A stretch of 61,873 nucleotides of DNA, the filler included. It is 6 parts of 6 records of this genome, joined end to end, with 100 filler letters (N's around TTAATTAATTAA, not from the genome) between each part and the next. Parts side by side here need not be neighbours in the genome. Positions count along the whole stretch, not along the records: positions 22,473 to 33,302 come from SRR31147125_31376; positions 33,403 to 40,473 come from SRR31147125_31424; 4 more parts are not named here. The stretch is one strand, 5' to 3'. How positions within the stretch are numbered: the stretch's first letter is position 1; each line of letters opens with the position of its first letter. A program made the translations under genes and the position numbers. A model generated the notes under the pieces. It did no database searches and had not been told where the DNA came from. It was given only the letters and a program-made list of their open reading frames with translations. Positions 28,825 through 37,828 of this stretch are shown here, piece after piece.

Positions 28825-30048
28825 TTAGTCTGCTTTTCTCGCGTTAATTTCGTCAACAGATACTGCATAGTACAAATCTTTCACGTCCTGCGCAGTAAAG
28901 TCTGGGTTATATGCGCCAAGAATAGATTGAATATCTTCAATATCCCAAATCCAGCTACCGCCTTCAGTCTCTAGTTCAACATAAAACTGTGCTTCCTCAG
29001 GAGTTGTTACTTCCAAATTCTTTGCAACAACCATCGGTGCTGCACCGTTTTCATCCAACAAATTCTCTTTGTACCCTTCAACAGCATTGATAATCATTGG
29101 TACAGATCCACCAAATGAACTTACAGGCTCTGAGCAAACACCAACATACATACCAGCGTGCATCATATCTACTGTTACTTGAGAGATTGTATCAATACAA
29201 GCCACTTTGATTTGTCCAAATTTGCCTGCTGTTTGCATTGGTTGAATCCACATTAAGCTTGAAAGTGTTCCAGCAAATCCATCCGCATCTGTATCAAGTG
29301 CTGCTGTTTGGTGAGCTGCAAACTCTTCAGTACCCGGCCATCCTGGTACTTCATAAACCACTTCAATATCGTAACCGCCATCTTTAGCATCAGCGATCCC
29401 AGCCATCACGCCATTGTATCTATCAATAAACATTTGAACGCCATAGTCTTTACCGCCACTCATCACAATAATCTTATGACAGTCGTTTTCAACTAACATC
29501 TCAGCGATACTGTATCCCATTTCGTAGTTTGCATTGCTTTCAGCAGTAATTGTTCCAACGTAATACTCATTTGTTTTAACCATATCATAGTTGTCTACAC
29601 CACCAGCTGTTCCCCAATAATACATACCTAGGCTTTCAGCCAATTTTTGAGATTCTTCTTTACCTTCGTTGTAGTATCCAATAATACCCTTGCATCCAGC
29701 AGCAGCACAACGCTCCATAAACTCAAACTCTTCTTCAGCACTAGATAGTGATTCTGACCAAATGATTTCAAAATTAAGATAATCATCTAAGTAATCGAAG
29801 TACTCTTGAAGTTTTAAAACTTGCTCTGCTGTTGTATCATAGTTTACAAATCCTAGCTTAACTGTTTCAGCTGGGTATCTACCATCATCAGAAAGAGCAA
29901 CGCCCTCATCAGCAGGTTCGCTTATATTCTCTTCAGTAGCTTCAACTGTTTTTTCTTCTTCAACTGCTTGTTGTGGTTCTTTACTTCCGCAACCTATTAT
30001 TGCAAACATCATTGCAATAGCCATTAATAAAACAACTAGTTTTTTCAT
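28825..30048 (-). CDS. ABC transporter substrate-binding lipoprotein
   Basis: Lipobox IIGC, acidic linker, periplasmic-binding-protein-like pattern, located inside the ABC operon. Confidence 0.8.
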   Translation of the reverse strand: MKKLVVLLMAIAMMFAIIGCGSKEPQQAVEEEKTVEATEENISEPADEGVALSDDGRYPAETVKLGFVNYDTTAEQVLKLQEYFDYLDDYLNFEIIWSESLSSAEEEFEFMERCAAAGCKGIIGYYNEGKEESQKLAESLGMYYWGTAGGVDNYDMVKTNEYYVGTITAESNANYEMGYSIAEMLVENDCHKIIVMSGGKDYGVQMFIDRYNGVMAGIADAKDGGYDIEVVYEVPGWPGTEEFAAHQTAALDTDADGFAGTLSSLMWIQPMQTAGKFGQIKVACIDTISQVTVDMMHAGMYVGVCSEPVSSFGGSVPMIINAVEGYKENLLDENGAAPMVVAKNLEVTTPEEAQFYVELETEGGSWIWDIEDIQSILGAYNPDFTAQDVKDLYYAVSVDEINARKAD

Positions 30049-30075
30049 TTTTCTCTCCTCATTTTTCCTTTATTT

Positions 30076-31038
30076 TTATCTAGGTAACAACTTAGTGCGA
30101 TATGTCATACTCGCAATATAAACTACTACCAAAAATATTATCGCTCTAGAAATTTGAATTGTTGCTAAATCTAGATTCATCATTGTAAGTCCTGTATTCA
30201 AAACAGAAATAGTCATTGCCCCAATAATACCAGCCGTGACTTTTGTTCTAGGTCCCCCCATTAACGGCATTCCACCCAGCACCAAACAAACAATTACATC
30301 CATTCCTGTCGATCCCGCTGTTGCAACTCCGACTGACCTAACACGTATCAGCAACGTAAATGCTGCCAAAGCACAACCAACTGCACTGATAATAAACGCC
30401 GTAATTTTAACTTTTGATGTGTTTATTCCAGTTTGTTTAGCTGTTGCAAAGTTACCGCCTTGAATTTTTATTTCTCTTCCAAGTCTTGTGAAATTAAAAA
30501 TTACAAAGCAAACTATAAAATATGATGCCAATACTAAAATATTTATTGTCGTCATTTGAGCAAAATCAAAAGACGGAATTTCTTTTACCGCGTCATTTAG
30601 ATAAATAGAAACGACATCACCCATCATAACCAATATGACCGATGATAGAATAAAGCCTAAAACTAACGTTACGATGAATAGCGGAACGTCTACATATACA
30701 GCAAATAAACCTTTTAAAATACCGAGTGTTAAGGCTACCCCAAGCGCTACAAGAAACGCCAAAAGCAAACTGCCAGTTGCAATTGCTGCGTATCCTGCCA
30801 GTACAGCTGACATAGCAACATTACTGCCAAGTGACATATCAAAATTTCCAGATCCAAAAACAAATACTGCACCGATTGCTACAAGCGCTGTTGTCATTGT
30901 AGAATTTATGATGCTTTGAATGCTAACTAAAGATAACAAGTTGCCCTTTGTTGTAATAGAAAAGAAAACTACAACCACTATAAATCCAAGTATTGGAAAA
31001 TATGTTTTTATAAACTGCCAATATTTTTTTAACATCAC
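30076..31038 (-). CDS. Sugar ABC transporter permease
   Basis: FDMSLGS, VPLFIVTL, TRLGR...GGN...A..TGI and LGG..L.GG. Confidence 0.88.
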   Translation of the reverse strand: MMLKKYWQFIKTYFPILGFIVVVVFFSITTKGNLLSLVSIQSIINSTMTTALVAIGAVFVFGSGNFDMSLGSNVAMSAVLAGYAAIATGSLLLAFLVALGVALTLGILKGLFAVYVDVPLFIVTLVLGFILSSVILVMMGDVVSIYLNDAVKEIPSFDFAQMTTINILVLASYFIVCFVIFNFTRLGREIKIQGGNFATAKQTGINTSKVKITAFIISAVGCALAAFTLLIRVRSVGVATAGSTGMDVIVCLVLGGMPLMGGPRTKVTAGIIGAMTISVLNTGLTMMNLDLATIQISRAIIFLVVVYIASMTYRTKLLPR

Positions 31039-31045
31039 TCTCTCC

Positions 31046-32566
31046 TTATATCATCATTTCGATAATTTCGTGTTCGTGCAGCTCGCCCCGCTTGAATTCA
31101 GCAGAAAACCTACCATCTTTTAGTATCAACAGTCGATCACTCATTCCAATCAACTCTGTTAACTCTTCGGAGATCATGATGATTGATTTACCTTTTGCTT
31201 TCATGTCTTCAATCAACTGATACATGGCGGCTTTAACACCAACATCAACGCCACGCGTCGGACAATCCAACACCAGAATATCGCAATCTCTTCCTATCCA
31301 CTTTCCAAAAACAACTTTTTGCTTATTACCACCAGAAAGGTATTGTACGTTTTGATCGATATTTGCACATTTTATTGAAAGCGTATCAATTTGCTTATTA
31401 ACATAATTCTTCTCTTTTTTAGGGAGTATAAACCATCCGGTATTTACCTTATCTAGCCCAGCAGAAACAATATTGTCTTTTATAGACGCAGATAAGACGA
31501 GTGCCTCTTTGTCCCTATCTTTAGAAACATAACCCATTCCATTTTTCATTGCATCTCTTGTAGAAATAATCTGTGTTTTTGTTGGAATATGTGTTACACT
31601 TCCTGTTAACAGCTTCATATCGCCAAATATTGCCTTGCCAAGTTCGTGCATTCCGCAATGTGATAAACCTCCAATACCAACAATCTCTCCTTTGTGAAGC
31701 TCCATCGAGAAATTCATCAGTAATCCTTCAGTCGTTGTTACTTTATCAACAGAAACGATCACTTCATCTTCACAACTTCCAACTTTATCTTCTCTATAAT
31801 ATTTATCGCCCATATCCCGACCAACCATATGGTGCTTAATTACTCTTTCATCAAATTCATCTTTACTCATAGTTGAAATCAGCTCTCCATCGCGAAGTAC
31901 CGTAAGCTCATCGCTGATTTCCATCAATTCATCTAAGTCATGAGAAATTAGAATAACTGCTTTACCCTCATCTCTCATTTTTTTCATTGTGTTATATAAA
32001 ATGTCGCGACCTTTTTGGGATATCGCTGTTGTCGTTTCATCAACAATCAAAACATCCGGTTTGTTAGCCATGACTCTAGCAAGCTCAATCAATTTCCTGT
32101 CTTGCAAATCTAAGCTATCTATATACATAGAAGCATCAACATCGTCTAGCCCCATTTCTATAAGGACATTATTGGCAGCCTGTACCATTGCATTTTTGGA
32201 AATAAATCCAACTTTTTTAAACTCCGACTCTCGTCCAATGAATATGTTTTGAGCAATTGTTATTCCAGAAATATATCCTTGTTCTTGAACAATCATGCCA
32301 ATCCCCATATCACCAGCCTCTATCATTGTTTTGGGCTCATGCTTATTGCCTTTATAAAAAACCTCACCTTTACTAGGCGGCTGCATTCCTGCTATTATGG
32401 AGGATATGGTTGACTTACCGGAACCATTCTCGCCTATCAGCCCTGTTATTACGCCATTATAAATCTTCATATCAACATTATTAAGTGCTACAGTTGGTCC
32501 AAAGTATTTACATAAACCTTTTGTTTCAATAACTGGTTGTTTGCTTTTTTTATTTATATCGCCCAT
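31046..32566 (-). CDS. Sugar ABC transporter ATP-binding protein (RbsA/MglA-like, two ABC domains)
   Basis: GENGSGKST, LSGGNKQKV and PTRGVDVG. Start placed at MGDINK behind GGAG. Confidence 0.9.
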   Translation of the reverse strand: MGDINKKSKQPVIETKGLCKYFGPTVALNNVDMKIYNGVITGLIGENGSGKSTISSIIAGMQPPSKGEVFYKGNKHEPKTMIEAGDMGIGMIVQEQGYISGITIAQNIFIGRESEFKKVGFISKNAMVQAANNVLIEMGLDDVDASMYIDSLDLQDRKLIELARVMANKPDVLIVDETTTAISQKGRDILYNTMKKMRDEGKAVILISHDLDELMEISDELTVLRDGELISTMSKDEFDERVIKHHMVGRDMGDKYYREDKVGSCEDEVIVSVDKVTTTEGLLMNFSMELHKGEIVGIGGLSHCGMHELGKAIFGDMKLLTGSVTHIPTKTQIISTRDAMKNGMGYVSKDRDKEALVLSASIKDNIVSAGLDKVNTGWFILPKKEKNYVNKQIDTLSIKCANIDQNVQYLSGGNKQKVVFGKWIGRDCDILVLDCPTRGVDVGVKAAMYQLIEDMKAKGKSIIMISEELTELIGMSDRLLILKDGRFSAEFKRGELHEHEIIEMMI

Positions 32567-32681
32567 ACATAACTCCATAATTATTTTGTATTTAAACAGA
32601 TCGTACTTATATAATAACACTAATTTATGCTTTTTACATGCCTACACTTATCATAAATCCGACTTATTTTAACCTTAATGG

Positions 32682-32711
32682 TTGACTTTTAGTCATAATT
32701 TATTCTATACT
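32682..32711 (+). promoter_or_regulatory. Putative sigmaA promoter of the AraC gene with a short palindrome over the -35 box
   Basis: TTGACT-N18-TATACT; TGACT-TTT-AGTCA at 32683-32695. Confidence 0.45.
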
Positions 32712-32743
32712 TTAATCAAGGTTGGTTTAAAAGGTGAGTTAAA

Positions 32744-33302
32744 ATGTCATATGATATATACTATGCAACACCAAAACAAATACAAGATCTTGCAATTGAA
32801 AGGCATCTTAACAATATGTCTTATATCAGTTTCCCTGAAGGAGTTGCATCCTTAATGCGGGAAGGAAAACTGACTCCAAAAAAACCAGAACCAGTTCCTT
32901 TCAGATCCAATATGACAGTCCATCAATTTGACGAATATATTCTTAGTATTCCACTAAAAACAAAAAAAATCGCCCAACATGCAACTACATTTTACTCTGA
33001 CTTAAGTGTTGAGGAGACTGAATTGTTTCCATATCCAAACGATATTTTCTGTTTTAAGCATTTACCTTATATGAATCATGTGTATCACACTCATGATTAT
33101 TTTGAAATCACTCTAACCTATAAAGGGAACTGTTTATTGCTATTTGAAAACAAATCTGTTTCCCTGACAGAAGGCGACCTTTGTATCATACCGCCTGGCA
33201 GTCCTCACAACCAACCGACTGAAGGTGAATCACTGATTATAGGTATAGCAGTAAGAAGGAGTACGTTTGACAAGGTTTTCAGCGGATTATTGACCAAAAA
33301 AA
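32744..33302 (+). CDS. AraC-family regulator, cupin sensing domain (3'-truncated)
   Basis: HTHDYFEI...L.EGDLCIIPPGSPH cupin motif; divergent from the sugar operon. The HTH is beyond the contig end. Confidence 0.75.
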
Positions 33303-33402
33303 NNNNNNNNNNNNNNNNNNNNNNNNNNNNNNNNNNNNNNNNNNNNTTAATTAATTAANNNNNNNNNNNNNNNNNNNNNNNNNNNNNNNNNNNNNNNNNN
33401 NN
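33303..33402. other. Artificial contig linker
   Basis: N44-TTAATTAATTAA-N44. Confidence 0.99.
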
Positions 33403-34164
33403 CCCGATGAGCTCCCATCCGATATCATCTGCACAGATTATACGTCGCGCGGGCTGCTGCGCATATGCTACCAAAGCGACACAGATGCCAAGATCAAGCT
33501 GCAAGTCATGGCAGGAGACAACGCCATCGCCTATAACCTAAACGGCGACGGAAGCATTGAAGATTTTTCGCTGCAGTATGGCGACGGAGAATATACGGCA
33601 CGCATCATGGAAAACATCAAAGACGATGAGTATGTCGTCGTCGAATCAAAAGAGTTTGTTGTGATGCTGTCTAGCGAGAACGATGTCTACCTCAACGCTG
33701 TCCAGAACGTCGATTGGGACTACGACATGCTCCCCATAGACGATGTACGCTATATCGTCGCAAAATCGCTTATAGACGCCAAAAAAGACGGGCTGAAGTT
33801 TTCTTGCGCTGCCGACCTATATGAATATATCATCAGTAACATCGATTACGATGACGCAAAGGTGCGCGATCTTCTGTACAACTATCTGCCGGATATCGAA
33901 CAAACGTATGTGGACGGCAAAGGCATCTGCTACGATTACGCGTCGCTGCTTGCCGCCATGCTAAGAAGCATCAACATCCCCACCAAGCTCGTCAAAGGCT
34001 ATGCCAGCTATAATCCCAACGTCTACCACGCATGGAACGAGGTGTATATCGATGGGCACTGGGTGATCATCGATGCTACGCGCGATGCGACGCTGCTTCG
34101 ATCCGGCACGCAGTTTGAGCCACAAAAGGATCCAATCGGATATACATCCGTATACGAATATTAA
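33403..34164 (+). CDS. Transglutaminase-like domain protein (5'-truncated; frame open to the contig edge)
   Basis: Cys-His-Asp triad motifs GICYDYA, HAWNEV and IDAT. Confidence 0.85.
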   Translation, partial: PDELPSDIICTDYTSRGLLRICYQSDTDAKIKLQVMAGDNAIAYNLNGDGSIEDFSLQYGDGEYTARIMENIKDDEYVVVESKEFVVMLSSENDVYLNAVQNVDWDYDMLPIDDVRYIVAKSLIDAKKDGLKFSCAADLYEYIISNIDYDDAKVRDLLYNYLPDIEQTYVDGKGICYDYASLLAAMLRSINIPTKLVKGYASYNPNVYHAWNEVYIDGHWVIIDATRDATLLRSGTQFEPQKDPIGYTSVYEY

Positions 34165-34187
34165 TCTACAAACCAATCCATTAGCAA

Positions 34188-34211
34188 GCCGGCCGTCGTG
34201 CCGGTTTTTTT
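34188..34211 (+). terminator. Intrinsic terminator
   Basis: GCCGGC-CGTCGT-GCCGGT followed by a T run. Confidence 0.65.
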
Positions 34212-34355
34212 GTTGTCAAAACAGGTTTTTTGTCACACCGTCATTTTTTATATAGTCCAGCCATACAGATTAATACGCTTTGTGAATAAAAAAAGTTTTT
34301 TAAGACAAACTTAATTCTGTCATTCAAAAGCAAAGCGCATTAAGGAGTATGACAA

Positions 34356-35222
34356 TTGGACAAACAGCGCAATGTGCATACATCAAAAGATCCAGGGTCG
34401 CAAAAAACGCCGCTTGTTGATCAGTTGCGTGCAAAGAGCACAACAATCGCAAAGATCAGCGTCGCAGGTTTTGCCCTGCTGACCGGTATCGCTTTTATTT
34501 TGGTCTGCGTCTATGCAATCATCCCAGGTGTAATTTCTAACGCCGCCAGCAAGATCGATCAGCGTTTTGCACAAACTCTGTATGAGAAGACGCTTCGGCC
34601 AACAGCCGCAACCGCACAGCCTGTGTTTGACCAGCCAATCGATACTTTGGCCGCACCAGAACCGCGAGAATGCTTTTCGTCTGTGCTGGCAGAAAACTCA
34701 GACGTCATCGGGCGCATCAGCATCGACGCGCTCGGCATCACCTATGTTGTAACACAGACGGATGACAACGAACATTATCTTGTCACCGGCTATGACGGTG
34801 ACAAAAGCAGCAGCGGCACGATTTTCCTCGATTATCGGTGCGATGCGGATGCCTTGCCGCTGTCCGGGCACTATATTCTCTACGGCCACAACATGAAAAA
34901 CGGTACCATGTTTCACAACCTTAGCGAATACAAGGATGAGGACGTTTTTTATGATAACCGCATTATCCGATTTGATACATTGTATAAAGACTATGAATGG
35001 GAGATTTTTTCCGCCTATGTAACGGATACAAATTTCTATTTCATTGATACCGTTTTTGACGGCGATCAGGAGTGGATAGATTTTCTTGACGCGATAAAGC
35101 ACAAGAGTATGCACGAGACGGACATGGCGCTAAGCCCCGATGACGTCGTGCTCACACTCGTCACATGCAGCTATGAGTTCGACGATGCGCGCCTCGTTGT
35201 TCATGCGCGATTAATTAAATAA
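34356..35222 (+). CDS. srtB: Class B sortase
   Basis: N-terminal TM; DNEHYL, GTIFLDYR, ILYGHNMKNGTMF, LTLVTC and the catalytic R (ARLVVHA). Confidence 0.9.
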   Translation: MDKQRNVHTSKDPGSQKTPLVDQLRAKSTTIAKISVAGFALLTGIAFILVCVYAIIPGVISNAASKIDQRFAQTLYEKTLRPTAATAQPVFDQPIDTLAAPEPRECFSSVLAENSDVIGRISIDALGITYVVTQTDDNEHYLVTGYDGDKSSSGTIFLDYRCDADALPLSGHYILYGHNMKNGTMFHNLSEYKDEDVFYDNRIIRFDTLYKDYEWEIFSAYVTDTNFYFIDTVFDGDQEWIDFLDAIKHKSMHETDMALSPDDVVLTLVTCSYEFDDARLVVHARLIK

Positions 35223-35519
35223 CATAAAACATAAGGGAAGCACTCTTTGACCAGTTCTCACTCGCCGCCACTGTCAAATAAAGATTGTTTTTATTGAAAC
35301 CTATCACAGATTAACTGAATTTTTCAGCACCGTGGTTATAATTATCCTCTTTTGTTGCATAGCATGTTGACTGCATTATTATGTATTAGTTAAAAAACGA
35401 CTGATGGTCTTGCGCGATTGATTAATATTGGTTTTCTCAATAGAAAATGACTAGTTATATTACTTTTCACCTTCAGCAATTATATATCATCTTGCTCAAA
35501 AGACCTTCCCTCCCAATAT

Positions 35520-36203
35520 TTATAAAAAGTCATTAAAGTAAATACCATTTACACCCGTCACATATTTTGAATTTTTCGAAACACGGCATCCTAATTCTTG
35601 CGCAACATAGATCGCTCTTTTTACATCTTCCTTTTTGTATTTTAATTCTAGTACGATACGGCTATCATCAAATTGAAAATTATCACCATATCTGCGTCCG
35701 ATACTATTATATACAAGGTTCTCATCCAAAGTAATTCTATATTTCCCGTCATTTGAAAGAAAATAGCGCCTAATGTATGAGTTGAATAATGTCGGAATCT
35801 CTACCGCAATTTCATTATACATAAGCTGTTTTTTGTCGTCTTTTAACTTGATATGTTCTTTAATACTCATCAAATAATCATCGTAGTCAAAACTCTTATC
35901 CAGCACAAACGCAGGAAGGCTCATATGTTTTTTATAGCCTATTTCACCCTGCTTAATCTTATACTCCAAAACGGGATGATCAACATGCGAATCATGGCCA
36001 TACCATCGAATTCGATGTTTTGTCCTGTTTTGTACACCCATAACGTTATCATAATAATTTGAAAACTCAGTTGTATCTAAATAAATACTGTTGACTCTTC
36101 TTTCATGATAAATTTCGCTAAAGAAAAAAGACGATTGCATGATTTTATAATAAATAACGTTATATAAACTTGCATCGAATACAAATTTGTTTTCATATCT
36201 CAT
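35520..36203 (-). CDS. VTC-domain (polyphosphate polymerase/CYTH-like) protein
   Basis: RYENKF, VNSIYLDT, R.K.RIRWYG, LEYKIK, RITLD, VLELKY and SKYV.G. Confidence 0.85.
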   Translation of the reverse strand: MRYENKFVFDASLYNVIYYKIMQSSFFFSEIYHERRVNSIYLDTTEFSNYYDNVMGVQNRTKHRIRWYGHDSHVDHPVLEYKIKQGEIGYKKHMSLPAFVLDKSFDYDDYLMSIKEHIKLKDDKKQLMYNEIAVEIPTLFNSYIRRYFLSNDGKYRITLDENLVYNSIGRRYGDNFQFDDSRIVLELKYKKEDVKRAIYVAQELGCRVSKNSKYVTGVNGIYFNDFL

Positions 36204-37732
36204 CGAATTGGTTCTCCATTAATCATCTTTTCAAACAACAAGTCTTCTTTCGCAGCAGACCGTGGTACGATTAATTCTCCATCTACATACAATTCTGAAT
36301 CCTTTTGTATCAAGTAATCTAAATCAATGTCGCCAAGTAGTCTGATGTCTTGAATATCCATTGACGCCGGACCAAATTCAGGCTTCTTCTGATACATTGT
36401 CAATCCAATCTTTGCATTTGATATCACAATGTTGTCACCTTCTATCAAAGACATATCTTTGCTTGCGATCCCGATTTCTGCCGTCTGAATAAAAATATCA
36501 TCAATAACCAGCATACTGTTCTCGCCGCCGCTTATAGCTTTGTCGCCAATATCATAAAATTCGGTTTCACCCAACGTCATCTGCGTTGTCGAAACATCGA
36601 CCGCATCATTACCCGTATTTCTAAAAATACAATTTTTCATAATGCCTGTACAAAAATCAGAATCAAAAGCATCTGCAAACGTATTTTCAAATGTGCTGCC
36701 CGTCACACTATAATTAGATCTGACTATATTCAGCGCATCTTCACAAACGTTGTTGATAAAATTGCAATTATCTATATCTACATCCGACTCATAAAAAGTT
36801 ACCGCACCCGTCAATCCCCAAATACCACTGTTTGGCGTATCCAGCCCGTCAAAGGTAACATACCGCAGCTCAGACAAAGTATCCGACTGACATACATATA
36901 GCCCTTGCCCCGTACCATCACTGGTGGTGAAATTTATACAATTTCCTTGTGTTCCTGCAGCTTGAATGGAAGACCATACAACGATATATGCTTCGTTAAT
37001 AATATCTATGTCTTGCCCTTCACTTAGCAATAAGCGTTTTCCCTCGGGTATGAACAAAGGCTTGTCGATAATAATATTTTGCCCCTCAAACATCACGTAA
37101 TCATCTTCCACATGAATGAAGTTAAATCCGTCCGTATTATCTTGCACCCTGATATCTGTGCCAAAATGAACATCATCATCTATGCGCTTATAAGGTATTA
37201 AAGAAACGCGTCTCACTATGTCGTCATCATACTTATAATTTATATAAGCCCCATCTAAATTTGTGTACAGTTTTTCATCTACATTTTCGAAAGTATACGT
37301 ATTATAAATAACTTCACCAATGGTTGCTTCTAACAAGGTCTCTTTGTCAAACTCGTATACATATTTGCCTTTCGCATCCTGAACAGATATTAACTCCACT
37401 TTGAAATTATTGATATTCCCAATTTTTATGACAAGCTTGCCATTGTTAAAGCTTTCATAATAAGCCTGAATACCGTCCAGTTTGTACGGGTGCTCCTCTC
37501 CTGTAAAACGCGCTGCCGTGGGCGTATATACCTTTTTCTCTTGCGCCACAGCAAAAACAGGAACAGCCTTTGCGCGATGCATATCAATAATATAATTTAC
37601 AGAGAAAAAACAGCCAGCTAAAAAGAAAATGATAATAGACAACGAGCATATCACTTTTACTGCCCGCAATTTAGAATTTCTTTTATTCGTGAAAAAAACA
37701 TTTTCACCAATAAACCTAATGATTTCTTTCAT
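36200..37732 (-). CDS. Membrane-anchored right-handed beta-helix protein of the CotH-associated type
   Basis: N-terminal TM; LTGAVTFYES, EDALNIVRS, DAFDSDF, GNDAVDVS, GDKAISGGE, GIASKD and YQKKPEFGPA. Confidence 0.75.
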   Translation of the reverse strand: MKEIIRFIGENVFFTNKRNSKLRAVKVICSLSIIIFFLAGCFFSVNYIIDMHRAKAVPVFAVAQEKKVYTPTAARFTGEEHPYKLDGIQAYYESFNNGKLVIKIGNINNFKVELISVQDAKGKYVYEFDKETLLEATIGEVIYNTYTFENVDEKLYTNLDGAYINYKYDDDIVRRVSLIPYKRIDDDVHFGTDIRVQDNTDGFNFIHVEDDYVMFEGQNIIIDKPLFIPEGKRLLLSEGQDIDIINEAYIVVWSSIQAAGTQGNCINFTTSDGTGQGLYVCQSDTLSELRYVTFDGLDTPNSGIWGLTGAVTFYESDVDIDNCNFINNVCEDALNIVRSNYSVTGSTFENTFADAFDSDFCTGIMKNCIFRNTGNDAVDVSTTQMTLGETEFYDIGDKAISGGENSMLVIDDIFIQTAEIGIASKDMSLIEGDNIVISNAKIGLTMYQKKPEFGPASMDIQDIRLLGDIDLDYLIQKDSELYVDGELIVPRSAAKEDLLFEKMINGEPIR

Positions 37733-37828
37733 ACTATACTGTCGCCTTTTGGCTTTCTCTCCTTTAATATATACAGAGGTTGTTTGCTCACAATTTCTGC
37801 AAACGAACCTCTAAAATTATCGGTTTCA

